A stretch of 64,000 nucleotides of DNA, from contig NC_089430.1 in assembly GCF_026210795.1 (NCBI RefSeq), forward strand, positions 868,001 through 932,000, in the 5' to 3' direction. Both the position numbers and the translations under genes were made by a program. The notes beneath the pieces were generated by a model. That model saw only the letters and a program-made list of their open reading frames with translations. It did not search any database and was not told the origin of the DNA. Positions 12,396 to 26,456 of this stretch are shown piece after piece. This DNA is from Rhizophagus irregularis. Lineage: Eukaryota. Position 1 is the stretch's first letter. The number at the start of each line of letters is the position of its first letter.

Positions 12396-13784
12396 TTATT
12401 TTTTATATTGTTTTTTTAATCGCCTCATTCTTTCTTTTGTCTCTTCATCCGTACTACTTATATAAATTCTTCCGCCTTCCTCCTCGTTTTCTTCTCTTAT
12501 CTCGTTTTCTTCCTCTTCTTGTAATACTTCTTCTGCTTCGTCAGCTACTTCTTCTGCTTCATCAACTTCTGCTGCTTCATCAACTCCTTTGTTTGTCTCT
12601 TCAGCTTCTTGGGAAGCTTCTATTTCGTCATTATCAGAATATGAATAATTATCCTTACTTGTAATTTTTTTCTAAGAAGTAAAACAAAATTAGTTTTTAA
12701 ATATTACTATTTATTCAAATTTCTAATGCTTACCAAATTCTTCAGTAAAATGGGTTTTATGACAGATTCTGTAACCTGAATATGTAAATTTTTCGGATTT
12801 AAAATAATTTCACAAATACTTATTGCATATGCAATTTGCATATTAGATAATTGATTTTTGCCTTTAAGTATTTGGAGGATTCTCGACATATATGTCTCCG
12901 GATCCGGATTCTTAATTTTTTTGAATAAATTACCGTAACAATAATTTTTCACGGCTGGGCTCCCTTTCCATTTTCTTATTTCACTTTCCTTTAATGCCGT
13001 ATTTACGGCAGGGATTGTGAGAAGGTTAAATTCTTTAAAAACGACATATATTATGTCTTTCACTTTAGAAGCTAAAGAACTCCGGGCACTACGATGTTTA
13101 GCTAGAAGCTAAAGAAAAGATTTTAAATTTAAATTTCAATAAATTAATGTAAAATCGTAATTTCTCAAAACTTACGGGAGAAGCAATGTTTTTTTCATAA
13201 AATATAATCCATTTATCATATCTTTTAAACCGTTTAATAAAATCATCATAGTTTTCATTCATATAATTATTAGTGAACTCTCGAAGTTCATCAGGGGTAG
13301 GATATATTGAAGCTTTAAGTAACTTTTTAGCAACTTCTTTGATTATTTTCTATAATCAAGAATATAATGATTTAATGAGGAATTACTACTAAATGTTCAA
13401 CCATGATTTACGTAAATATTTGTATTTTTGGGTCTTACCTTTATATATTCTTCATCCCCTTGATTACTATCATTATTTTTATCAACCGATTCTTTTACTT
13501 TCGATACTCTGTTTTCTAAAGCCTTTTGGTTGGAAATAATTATATCCAGTTTGGATAAAATTTTTGTATTCTGGCGCAATATTTTCGTTAAAGCTTCTTT
13601 ATAACAGTAGAATATAAATAATATAAATAATAATATATTAGTAATAATTATTTTTATTTTTCAAAAATATATAATTTAACCAACCATTAATTAATTCATC
13701 GGAAGATTCGTCGGTTTTTCTCCGTTTGTCTACATGCTCGACTGTTTCAGTGTTTTTTTTTTTATTATTATTATTTTTGTCCAT
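12396..13784 (-). CDS. Multi-exon transposon accessory protein (coiled coil, SIYPT/W-F-Y/KWK/AIC-ILNP motifs, acidic tail), copy A
   Basis: ATG at 13784; about 5 exons joined by short GT-AG introns (ORF pieces 13397-13579, 12707-13063, acidic exon ~12396-12671); clearly homologous to genes at 26457 and 29442. Confidence 0.7.
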
Positions 13785-13869
13785 GATTGAAAAAATGAAA
13801 AAAAAGAGAAATTTAACGGATAGAAGAGAAGAAAGGAGTTTAACGGATGAATTGAGAGAGAAAAGAAAG

Positions 13870-14520
13870 GGGTTGGTTAATGGATAAAGGAGAGTTTGAA
13901 GGATGCCTGTGAAACAATAGCATGAGTTTTTTTTCTGTTAGTGGACTTGCATTGCGTTGCAAAATTTTTTTTTTTTTTGAAAGGATTTGTTAAGGGGTGT
14001 GAAAAAGAAATAGAAAAGACATGAACTAGCATATATTTCTAAAAAAAAAAAAATCTGGGAACATTTGCAAATCCAGTAGAAGAAAAAAGGTATAAAAAAA
14101 AAAAATCTGGAAACATTTGCAAATCCAGTAGAAGAAAAAAGGCATGAAATGAAAAATGAGCAAGACGCTCGAGAGACTAAATCTGCAGACAAAAAAGATG
14201 AGGACCAAGCCTAAACGGATAGATTGAAAGGGATTGGTTAATGGATAAAGGAGAGTTTGAAGGATGCCTGTGAAACAATAGCATGAGTTTTTTTCTGTTA
14301 GTGGACTCGCATTGTGTTGCAAATTTTTTTTTTGAAAAGGATTTTGTTAAGGGGTGTGAAAAAGAAAATAGAAAAGACATGAACTTGCATATATTTCTAA
14401 AAAAAAAAAAATCTGGGAACATTTGCAAATCCAGTAGAAGAAAAAAGGCATGAAATGAAAAATGAGCAAGACGCTCGAGAGACTAAATCTGCAGACAAAA
14501 AAGATGAGGACCAAGCCTAC
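13870..14520. repeat. Tandem duplication of ~340-360 bp upstream of accessory gene A
   Basis: TTGGTTAATGGATAAAGGAGAGTTTGAAGGATGCCTGTG...GAGGACCAAGCCTA occurs twice (~13873 and ~14234). Confidence 0.9.
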
Positions 14521-14644
14521 AGAAGATGAACAGAAACAATGCATATTTATATATTTTATTGTTTGTAAATCTTTCTATATACTGTTGTTTGTTAAAAAAA
14601 ATTATTTGATCATTATGCGTAATGATCGACTATACAACAAGTTT

Positions 14645-15010
14645 AATTTCATGCAAAGCCTATATATTTCTAGATCGCAATAAATATAAGGTTTTCGTTA
14701 CATTTACAACAAAGTTAATAGATAAATGACAATCTTTCATGCAAAGCCCTACAATATTTCTAGATCCGAATAAACATTCAAATTTTATAAGGTTTTCGTT
14801 TACATTAAAGTTAATAGATAAATGACAATCTTTCATGCAAAGCCTACAATATTTCTAGATCCGAAATATTTCGCAATAAATATTCAAATTTTATAAGGTT
14901 TTCGTTTACATTTTGTAAAAGTAATAGATAAATGATAATCTTTCATGCAAAGCCCTACTATATTTCTAGATCCGAAATATCTCGCAATAAATATTCAGAT
15001 TTTATAAAAT
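14645..15010. repeat. Four ~90-110 bp tandem repeats
   Basis: TTTCATGCAAAGCC(C)TA..ATATTTCTAGATC at ~14647, 14735, 14831 and 14941. Confidence 0.85.
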
Positions 15011-15614
15011 AATAAGCTGTGCATGATTATAACGAAATTTTTCTAAGCTTATTAATTGATAAATATATAGAAAAATGCTTGTGGTCTTTTGATGCACAAC
15101 TATTGACCAAAAAAATGTATAACCAACCAGATCACAGTTACAATTGAGCACAATTTTTGATTGATCAGGTTGCACTGGTCAAATGATGAAGAATCGGTGT
15201 ATTAAGAGCCAGTTAAGAATCGGGACCAATCAGGTTTCGGTTCTTAACCGGCTCTTATTTTTTTTATCATTAAATAATCAGTATCCCGATAGGCCTATTG
15301 ATTCTATTATATAAGAAGCCGATAGATTCTAAACGTATATCAAATTTGATCAGCTGATAATAAGTAACAAATTGATTACCTTCCGGATTTCCCGATGACT
15401 AATAAATAAACACCCGATCTGTCATGATCTGTCATTAATTTATAAATAAGCATCGGTAAAACATCACATGTCCGATAATAATACTGATAGAACATTGATA
15501 TTAGACGGTGAGAAATTTAAAGGTTTAATAATAATTATTATATATTTATTTATTTGTATATTTATAATATTCATAATATAAAACATGATTGATATTACAG
15601 TATTATTATAAATT

Positions 15615-18600
15615 TTAAATATGAAACTTTCTATTGATCGGTATTACTGACACATATTTCCGGGTTTCTTTTCGTCCTATTGAAAAAGAACCTTCAACAA
15701 ACCGACCCAGTATACTATGTACAGGGATAATACAATCCCTGCTAAGATCATAAAATTCTTTTTTCCATAGTTCTATATTGCACAAATTTTCATCGCCATT
15801 AATTGTGCAATGAAATCTAGTCTTGTGATTTTCTGCCGGAAGGTACCACTTTACAAATGCTAGGGAATGATTTACAGAACCTTCCGGAAAATGTATAATA
15901 TGTTCAAAATAAAATTGAACAATACCGGGATAAGTATCTTTAGTATTATCATGGAGAAATTGGGATAATATTTTGGCCGATGTGACGTGCCTTTTAGAAT
16001 ACATTGACCCAAAAACTTCGGATCCAATTTTTAGTCGTCCATAAGTGTTCACTTTTGGTAATACCGGTATAGCAGAAGGAGCAGCATGGATATCTGATAG
16101 TGCTGCGAAATCTTTTCCATAGGCATTGCGGTAATATTCAACCAACAAATCTAATACTTCTTTTGAAAGGTTGGTGTCTATCCTTTTAGGATTAAGAAAA
16201 GTACCTGGAAAAGGTTCCGAACCTGTTCCGGCCATTTCTTCCACGTTTCTAGACATTGATAAAAATTCCCGGTAATCTATTCCATTAATTTCATCATGAA
16301 TTACAAGACTGCCGGTAGTTTCTTTCGGTGTAATTAGTGTGATACAAGTCGATAAATGTTGATGGTCTTGGGCGCATGAAGAAAACTGATCAAGAAGAGA
16401 GTTGAATTGAATGGTTTTTAATAATTCTGGTTCGATTCTTCTATTACTGCTATGATACGATCCTATAAATATAGACTATTTAATAAATTGATTTAATTAT
16501 ATTGATAAGTTCGGAAATCTGGAATTACCTAATAGACCGTTCATGCGTTCGTAACTGAAACACCAGAACGCGTATAATGGTCCATAGTCTAACGCACAAT
16601 GGCAAATATGTAAGCATAAATGTAAATTCGGCGTAATTTTTCTGCGCCGTAATTTTCTTCAATGAGCTTTGCCACTTCTAGAAGATTTTTATGAGCTTCT
16701 TCTAACCCATTCGTTGTTATAGATCTGCATACAAGAATATTGCATGCACGGACAAAATTGGCGAGTATCAATTTATCCGATTCTTGAAGCAGATCCCATG
16801 TTATGGAAGTGGCATAAATTAAGATAAAAGTCTTCCATTGATCAGCGGTGAACCTTGAAAAGCCTTCACCTGTAGCAATTTTGTAGGGAATTCTACCGAT
16901 ATCTGCTGGAACTTTTATTGCATTTGCCCTTTTTTGCATTGTTTCTAAATCTTTTTGTGTCAATCGGCCCTCCTCGATCCACAGTCTGGTCACGATCCAC
17001 TTAGCAATACCCAAGAACAAACAATGCATTGGATCCACTGTGAGAAATCGCACTGAATCAAAGTACGGAAGTCGATACATTTCTGACCACCGTACTAAAG
17101 TATTATGGACGTGACTATTTCTAGCATCTTTAGTATTGCAATTCAACCATTCTCGCGCATCCCTTCGAACCTGGTTGATATCTCTTTCGACAAACCATTC
17201 ATCAATATCATCAAATCCGCCAAAATTCGGTTGATTTCGATCATCATATTGAGCCTTTTTTAAGCATCTATGACAAGCCACTCGCGCAGAGATATGACCG
17301 CAGAGTTTTCTCGCGGCTGGAATATCACATGAGCAGCATATTACTGCGGCTCGAATAGATTTTCCGGTAGAGCTTTCGTATGTTTTCGATAGTTCAATCC
17401 CATTCCATAACTCGATTAATTGATCGATGATGGGAGCTATATAATGGTTTAGTTGATGTAAACTAGGCTCATTTGGCCCCGGAATTAAAGCCATTGTCAA
17501 AATATTTGATGGCTTGAATCTTTCATTTCGAGGCAGGTTACATATTACACCATATAGAGCTCCTATACTATAAGTTGAATTATCGAATGGTTGGAACCAG
17601 TCGATATTTAACATGATGCCTAAGTGGCGGTCTGAGACATCTTTCCGGAAAAATGGTATATTTTGACGATGATCCTGAAAGGTTTTCCAGATTTTTCCGT
17701 CATAAATATCATTCAAAAATTGAGAATCGTTACGGTCCGCCCATTTTCTACATAATTTCTCAAATCCTTTTCGATTATACATTAATTGTAATTGGTGTTT
17801 TAAACTAACAGTAGGGAACGTTAAAGAAGGTCGATAGATTGTTCCGTTAGTAACCGGAACTTTCTTAGCAAGTGTAGCATTGCACTTTTTTCTTTGATTT
17901 GCCATCGGATGATCCGGAAAATCTACATAGGTACAATGAATTGTGGCTGGAACTTGGTAAGGGTCGTTAGTTGATACTTCTGTTACATTATACAATTTGC
18001 AACACTTTTCACACGATGCGAATTTGACAATATGAGCACAGACGCCAAGTTTTTTACGTGCCATATACAAAGATGTAGGAAAAGAATTGTACGTGTTTGC
18101 ATCCAAAAGAACCAAAAGATATCTAAAAAATTTGACTAAAGAATCGGTAGTGACATCGGATAACTTATATCTCTCTTGATATAATAAGATCCATAAAACA
18201 ATCCAATGAAAGTCTTCAGTAAAATCAATGAAGGAGGCTTCTGGATCATCACCGTATGTATTTTCCGGTGCGTCAAACCAGCCGGATGAAGATTCATTTG
18301 GTATTTCTTCGATAGGATCAAAGTCATTATCAACTTGATCGTTTTCTTCATCATCAGCATCACTAGTATCATCATCTGAAATACTTTGTTCAATAACAAC
18401 AATAGGGTATGATACATTCTTGGAATTTCCACTACCGATATGTTTTCGTTTATCTTTCGATTTGGCTTTTGATGATTTCGATTTTTTGGGAAGAAACGAA
18501 TAATTTTCCTCATCAACAATAGGTTCATGATGACCATCATCTGAATTATGTGATTCTATTTCCATTGGATCATTCAAGAGGTCTACCGATGTATCTTGGT

Positions 18601-18820
18601 TTAGGTCATCAGATGAAACTTGATTTAAATCTATAATTTCTTCAATAACTCCTCTTGGTCTAATATCCCTTTTTAAACTATGACTATTTTTTGTACGTGG
18701 ATCAACCATGTTACCTTTACATTTATTGCAATGACACGGAACTTTATTTGATGTTTTCTGTTTAAAATTATAGGATTTCTTTACAAAGACAGCTTTTGTT
18801 CTTCGGTATTTTCTCGTCAT
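15615..18820 (-). CDS. CACTA/EnSpm transposase (Transposase_21/TnpD-like) with one frameshift
   Basis: Motifs DIYDG..W, NIDWFQPF, CNLPR.ER, IPGP.EP, CDIPAARK, CHRC, VDPMHCLFLG; after a 1-nt slip in an A-run near 16640, TPNLHLCLH..YGP..FWCFSYERMNG; intron 16463-16528; C-terminal exon ends at 15615. Confidence 0.9.
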
Positions 18821-19181
18821 TGTAAATAATAATATAAAAAAATTTTATTAAAAATGAATTTCCGGTTCTTCGATGAACGGATATATTAGTATGATTGATA
18901 ATTGACATTGTTGACCATATTAGGTTACTATCAATTTATTGTATTTATTGTATTTAAATCAATATAAGTTCCTTTATTTGAATCAAAAAAAGCTTATACT
19001 TCAATAGACTATTTCGTTATTTTCAATAGACTTATCGGCATGAAAAAAAAGGAAAAAAAAATTCAATCAAAAAAAGCTTATTTAATAGACTATTTCGTTA
19101 CTTTCGACAGACCTATCGGTCCTCATATGACAAAAAAAAATATATATAAAGACCCCTTTCTTCCCACGAACTGATTTTTTT

Positions 19182-19183
<2 letters not shown>

Positions 19184-19230
<47 letters not shown>
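19184..19230. repeat. 47-nt poly(T) tract between the divergent CACTA genes
   Basis: Uninterrupted T run; TATA-like boxes at ~19143 (TATATAAA) and ~19359 (TATAAAA). Confidence 0.9.
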
Positions 19231-19424
19231 CTGCCATATCATTATACTTTGATCTAAATCATTAAAAAAAAATCGTAATCATTACATTTAATCTAATTAT
19301 AGGAAAAAAAAAATATTATTAATAATCATAATATTTTAATTGTGGAAATAAATAAAGGTATAAAAGAACGTCTTTTACCTTATTGTATTGTTTTTTTTTT
19401 ATCCTTTAACAAATTTTGGTAAAA

Positions 19425-21034
19425 ATGCGTGGAAGAAGACCTTTCAAAATTAAGAAAATAAGCTTAAGACGCTTATCTACAACAAATTTAACCTCTTACA
19501 ACCATCATCAAACAAACTCAATGTCACCACATCGTCGTCACCGTTATCGTTCAAGAAGGAACAAGTCTAGACGTTCTTCTTATTCTAATTATTCAGATAG
19601 TCGTTCACCAAGTCAACAAAGAGGACGTTCGACTACAAGACATAATAGGACTAATTATTCAGATAGTCGTTCACCAAGTCAACAAGGAGGGTGTTCAACT
19701 ACAAGATATAATAGGAATGATGGTATGGTTATAATATAATAATTATGTTTTTTATTTTACATATTTTGAATATAATGTCATGATTTCAATTTACAGATAT
19801 CGAAGCCCTAAGCAGAGCTATCACTGCACTTACGGAAGAAGTTCGGACCCTCAAGAAATCTCAAACAAGGAACGACCTACAAGCTGAATGGCCATCAACC
19901 CCTCAGACAACACCAGTTCCAAGGAGTAGACAAAATACATCACTCACGCCAGAACCAGAAACTGGATATCGTCGACGTGCTCGGGTTTTGCTTGAAGATA
20001 TGGACGAAGATCAATATAAGTTGTTCCATGTGAGTATCAAGTAACTATTGGTTATTCAGCAAAATTTTTTAATCGATATTTTTTTATAAAATTAAGGATG
20101 AGGTCGTGCAGATACTTAGCGGTCTCGATGATTCATTGCAATTGGATCATACCAAAAAATGGGTAGAAATTGCACCACACGTTTCAAAACACATCATGAA
20201 GGAGATCGCTAGAGTCTTGACCGGAAGGTTTCAATACAAAGATATAGAATTGAAATGGGTCTTACAGAATCTACACCGCCATCGTAGAGAAAGCTGGATG
20301 GTTAGCCTTGATCCGGATAAGACTAGATTTGAAAAGAAGAGAAAAGGAACGAATTCTCGAAGAAAAGATGTAAGTACTGAAGACATCCGAAATATGAAAT
20401 TAAAATCCTTGATCTTGTTCCTTTCTATCCTAATCACTAATATCTGATTGCAATAGAAAAAAGAGCGACGTCAGAAAGGCATCGAGCATATGTTCAATAT
20501 TAATGATGCCTCGCTTAAAGAATTTCAACCGTCATCATTATCTTGGGAAGAATTCAAGGAAGACTGTGAAACCATATTTAATGAAGGAGGATTCCACAGT
20601 GATGAAGTTTCTGAAACTGATGAAGAGCTCACCAAAAAAGAAATCGAAGATCATGTTCGTCCTAAGAATAAAATTGAAACGGATAAACATGTTCTTCATG
20701 TTTATGACAAGCCCTGGAGGTCACGTCGTGTAAGTATCAAATAAAACAATTGTATAGTTATTGTATACATTTGCTTATTATCTCTTTTTCATTTTTATAG
20801 GGACGTAAATTACTTCGCTTGGCTGACCGAGTTGGTGAGAAAATAAGTCATGTAAAACTTTCACGACATCGTTGGTATGATGATAAAACGTGGATCGACG
20901 AGTCAAAACCGCCTGAAGGTGCCCCTGATTGGTCGATATCACAGTCGTACGGATCCGACGTACAACCACAAGATGAGATCGATAATATCGATAATATTAA
21001 TGATGAACCTAACGAACTTGATGAACAGGTTTAA
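19425..21034 (+). CDS. CACTA ORF2 (TnpA-like accessory protein), 5 exons
   Basis: ATG at 19425; GT-AG introns ~19723-19796, 20031-20096, 20370-20456, 20730-20800; R/S-rich N-terminus with a 66-bp internal duplication; FHSDEVSE...KPWRS motif typical of CMC ORF2 proteins. Confidence 0.75.
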
Positions 21035-22077
21035 TTAATGCATTAATGCAATGTTAGATTTAAAAGAGCACGTATATTAATAATAATTTGTAGTTTATAT
21101 TTTTATTACGCAAGAATGATTTGTAGTTTATTTCTATATAACAACGATTAAATATAGCAAGCAAATGTATTACTGTAAAATTGATTAGTATATTGCTATA
21201 TAATATATTGCAACGAATAGTAATAAATTGATTAAAACAATTTGAAATATCGTGATTTCAATTACTGCCCGGCGTGTATTGTATCGTTTAACGATACTTT
21301 ATGATAACCCAAATAAATACTTAAATATTATATAAATATAAGTAAAATATCAGAAATCCGATATTAACATAATATTTATCCGATTTGCACCTTATAGTTT
21401 ATTAAAACTTCAAAAGATTCAGTTATTAATTTGGTAAATATTGGGCGTTTATTTGTAAAATAACAGAAACCCGATTCTTCACCAATAGAAATCCAATACT
21501 TATGAAGTATTTATGCCCGGTTGTATCCAGAAATGCAACAAGAACCTGAGCCCAATCGGGAATAAGTATCGGGATTGTATAATATATATATCTGTGAAGA
21601 ATTAGTGAAGAATCGGGTACCTGAATTTTCTCTGATATGTTGTCATTCGACCAGTGTTGGTTATATATCCATAATAGCTTATGTTTATTATAAAATTAAA
21701 ATCGATCAGGGAAAACCAATTTTTGTAGATCTGATTAACTGGCTTATGTTTCCATTAACATGATCTGATCTATAGAGTTTCAAAAATAGGATTTTAGAGA
21801 TTTTGGCTTATATTAGGCGAGGCTTGTTTCAAATTTGAAATATAGCTTCGCCTGAAACTCACTTTATGATTATCGAAATACGTCACTTTTCGTAGAAAAA
21901 TTTAAAAAGAGGTAAACTTTTCACAATGATCTACGCCTGAGCCGGATCATGTTGTGGCTAATTATTTTTTGGCTAACTACACCATTATGCAAACGTTTAT
22001 AAATTGACATAAATGAGCAAATAATTTTTTAATTAATTTGTAAAGTTTAAATTCAAGTAAATAAAATACTCTTAAAA

Positions 22078-25000
22078 ATGTCATATAAATGCCCTTTTTG
22101 TCCAAGGTACTTCAGCACAAGATCTGCATACACTCAACATAAGAATTTTTGTACTCCGCCTAATAACGATAGTAGCGATAGTGAAGAATTAGAAGAATTT
22201 GAACATAAAACTAATAATCATGATATCGAGGTAAAGAAAATAGGAAATTATAAAATTTTTTGAATTTCTTTTTTAACATAATTAATTTTATAGATGGTCT
22301 GTGAAGATTCATGCAAAGATCTTTCTGATAATAAAAGTACAGACTCGGAAATAAATAATCAGAGTTTTCAAAGTATGATGTCAATTTCAGAGGTTGGTGA
22401 AATTGATCAAAATATAGAAGAAATAGACCACGATGAAAATGAAAATGTCTTTGAAAATATCTTGGAAGATTCTGATTCAGAATTGAATGAAGAAGAATCC
22501 AAACCAGAAATTAATGTTAATTACTCAAGTGAAGCATATGGTGATTTAATGGCATTAGTTACGAAACATAAACTTAACAATGCGACAGGAAATGCTATAA
22601 TTAAATTCTTTAATAAACATGCAAATTTAGATAAATCACTTCTTCCAAGATCTATCGAACAAGGCCGCAAATATATGGATAATATGAAACTACCAAATTT
22701 AAATTATACTAAAACTAGTATAATGAATTATAATAATAATGAGTATTTTCTTTATCATCAGTCTTTAATAAACTGTATAAAAAATATTTTGTCAATTTCG
22801 GACATATCACAAAATTTTGCGTTAACTTTTGAGAAAGTTGAGGTAATTATTTTATACTTTCGTATGAAATATACAACTTAATATTATAGGATATTTACTA
22901 ATCTTCATATAAACTTAAAGCATAACGGTGAAAGGGAGTTTAGCGAACAAAATACTGGGATATAGTGGGAAAATGCGGAAAAATCCCTGCCACCTGGTGC
23001 CAGGCTTTTATCTTTAATATTATATTCTGACGCTACAAATGTTGACACACTAGGAAAAAGTCAACTCCATCCCATTTACTTGTCTATTGGTAATATTAAA
23101 AATTGGAGGCGTAATAAGAAAGATGCAAAGCAATTATTAGCATATCTGCCGATCTTAAAATCTAATAATATTACTGAAAGGAAGTCTGAAACATTTAAGA
23201 TTGCTGTTCGCGAATGCTTCCATAAATCTTTGGAATTGTTACTAGACCCTTTATTAAAATTAAATAAAAATGGCATTGATCTATTTTTAAATAACGAAAT
23301 GATTTGGTTTTATCCTAGAGTTTCAGCTATAATATCTGACTGGCCGGAAGCTGCAACGTACTGTCTTACATACAAATCACCAATGTCGAAACATCCTTGT
23401 CATTTTTGTCTAGTCATAAGAGACAATCTTGCTGATCTTAATTTACAAATTGATGATATAACCCCACGAACTCATGTTAATATGCAGCAGTATTTTAATC
23501 AAAACTCAGGAAATTCCGTTTGCATTGAAAATATATCTAATTTTTTTTGGAATCTGCCGTAAGTTTACATAATATTTGTTAGGCATCCAGCCATTTTGCC
23601 AAATCACGTAAGCATTACAAGCATTACACTAACATGAGTTTATTTTTATTAATTTATATTAAGTAATATAAATATCTATCAAGCCACAGTGCCTGATAGA
23701 ATGCATCATCTTGATTTAGGCCTCTTTCATTATCAAATCGATTATACGAAAAAACTTTTAGGGGCGCAATGTGGCAAAACTTTAGTTGATGAAGTAGATC
23801 ATCGATTAGCCGCAATACTAAGATTTCCCAGTTTGAAGATCTTTACAAATGGCATACAATCAATAGCCAGATTAACAGCTAATGAGCATCGCAATCTGAT
23901 GAAAGTAATGGTTTTTGTAGTGGACAATTTGTTTGTAAATAATGAGGATAATGAAAATTTTGTAAAGAATGAAGATCTGGCAAAACTTTACGAAACTTGG
24001 AATGAAATGTATGCAATTAGTCGATATGAAAATTTCAAAGAAAGTGATTTGGCCAAATTTAGGGTATGTACTACATAATTATTATAAAACAACGCTGTCC
24101 ACTAATACTTAAAATTATAATTTCAGGAATCTATAAACAATTGGTCTCAAATGTTCATAAAAATTCTCCAATGTATGTCCCCCTCAGAGTTAAAATTACC
24201 AAAACTGCATTCGTGGGCATATCATATAATTGATTCGATTCGATCATTTGGTGCAGTTAATGGATACACTACGGAGACTTACGAAAGCCTTCACAAAGAA
24301 TACGTTAAGAATCCCTACCGATTAAGTAATAAAAAAATATTGAAGTTCAAATAATGAAAATAGCAAGTATTATTTATATAAAATACACAATACTATGTTA
24401 AATTTCTAAAAAAAATTAATTTTTATAGATTCGGCGACAATCAATAACAAATATAACCCATCGATTACCAAATTCAGCTACTATCCCTCATATATTTAAA
24501 TTTACAGCAATACTTTTCGAATTTCTATTAAAAGATGCCCATGATTTTTTTGTAGAACAGGCTAATATAGACCACAAAATGAGATCTGAATTTGACAATT
24601 TTTTGGAATGTTTAAATCTGTATATGGATCACGAAAGTATTGTAAATGAAAGCCAAGTGACAATATACAGATCAGTTATAATAGAAAATGGTGCAATAAT
24701 GCGTGCTACTAACAGTTATTATGGCAGACCTTGGTATAGTAATGTGTCCGTTCGTATGAATTCTGATGAATTATTTGATTATGCTTCTGATCAAGGCATT
24801 TGTTACGGGCAGGTAATTTTTTAATTGATTTGATACTACATATTTATATAATATTGCTAATTTAAAAATGATTTTTTAAATTAAGGTTTTATTAATAGCG
24901 AAAATAGAACTTAAGAATCAAAATATTCCATTAAATCTCGCATTAATTCAGTGGTATGACTTCAAATTTCAAAATCAACCACATCTTTATGGGTGTCTCT

Positions 25001-25119
25001 TACTAGAAATTATGGAAATCTATAACTTTATTGATATAGAAGCAATACAAGATATCGTACATATAGTACCCCGGTTTAATAAAACAAATGAATATTTTGT
25101 AAATAAATACATATTTTAA
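22078..25119 (+). pseudogene. Plavaka-type transposase with N-terminal zinc finger, multi-exon
   Basis: YKCPFCPRYF..HKNFC finger; LILYSDAT..G...HPIYLSIGNI...RNK; SDWPEA; PCHFC; PDRMHHLDLGLF; LPKLHSW..FG...YTTETYESLHK..VK.PYR.SN; ends FVNKYIF. In-frame TAG at 22963-22965 and a frameshift near 24335. Confidence 0.88.
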
Positions 25120-26456
25120 TAAAGTTTATTATATTTAACGACAGCGATACTAATATCTTGTATAACGTTACTGATCTAAAATATGACTATTACTTTTCCT
25201 TTTTTGATAAGGTAAGTTTTATGGATTTCCGTAAAGTTACGGTTGAATGCGTAAATTGTTCCATTTTTATTGGTTAGACTGTTCATGTCTGATCGGTTAT
25301 ACCAACTAATAAATTCGTGATCAAAAAATGCTGATCAAACAACCCTGACTAATATATAATGAGTTAGAATTTTATTTCACTCAGGAGTGGTATCATTAGA
25401 TTTTTTATAATGTGTATGCATGCTTATGTTTTCGAAATTATATAAATTTTTTATCGTACAAAGAAAAACTTTAATGTTTATTGTTTCCATGTAAGATACG
25501 ACTGACATAATTATTACTACTAAGTATGCGAAGGTTTCTGCAGTTCTTGCGAATTCTACTTTAATGACTTGTACGAAAAATTGCTTGGTTTAGTATAATG
25601 AGTAAGTATCGAAATCATGCGAATTTCTATCCATAATAATAAAACTCATGTTCACGTGTTTATGTTTTATTTCCATATATGATATAACAATGATATAATT
25701 ATTAAATATTCGAAGGTTCAAGGTTCCTGCAGATTCTACTTTAATGACTTGTCGAAAAATTGCTTGGTTTAGTATAATGAGTAAGTATCGAAATCATGCG
25801 GTTCTATCCATAATAATAACAAGGAAAAAACTCATGTTCCATATAAAGTGATATAATTATCGAATATTCGAAGGTTTCTGCGGTTACTGCTTTAATGACT
25901 GGTACGCCTGGTTTTAGAATAATGAGTAAGTAATCGAAATTATCCTTATGTTCACGTGCGTGTTTTTATTTCCTCAACTGACATAATTATTACTAAGAAA
26001 GTTTCTGCGGTTCTACTTTAATGACTGGTACGAAAAAATTACCTGGTTTAGAATAATGAGTAAGTAATCAAAATTATGTGAATTTATCCTTATGTTCACG
26101 TGCATTTGGTTTTATTTCCTCAACTTAATTATTACTAAGAAAGTTTCTTTGCCTGGTTTAGAATAATGAGTAATTATGCGAATTTATCCTTATGTTCATG
26201 TGTATATGTTTTTATTTCCTCAACTGACATAATTATTACTAAGAGAGTTTCTGCGGTTCTGCTTAATGACTGGTACGAAAATTTGCATGATGTAATTATT
26301 GAGTATTCGAAAGTTTCTGTTAATGACTGGTACGAAAAATTGCTTGATTTGGGGTTAAAGAGTTTTTTTTTTTCATAAATAAGGACCAATTTTTTTTCTT
26401 CAGAAATATTTTTTTTTCTTAAATTGTAAGAAATCCCATTTTTCAAAAGTATCATT

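Larger units (their letters stand above)
15173..21656. mobile_element. Complete CACTA/EnSpm (CACTG) transposon, 6484 bp, nested in the Plavaka element
   Basis: TIR CACTGGTC(A/G)AATGA at 15173-15186 and 21643-21656; 3-bp TSD TTG (15170-15172, 21657-21659); two divergent genes inside. Confidence 0.92.

Noticed and set aside
13938..14683. Phe-rich short ORFs
   Set aside because: Products of A/T runs in a duplicated non-coding segment.
18136..18540. 134-aa overlapping ORF and other short antisense or alternate-frame ORFs inside the transposase genes
   Set aside because: Shadow frames of real coding sequence with no independent motif.
19184..19230. Poly(A) tail of a retroposed insertion
   Set aside because: No flanking TSD or retroelement body identified.
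15173..25119. One element encoding two different transposases head to head
   Set aside because: The CACTA transposase is enclosed by its own TIRs and TTG TSD, so it is a nested insertion.
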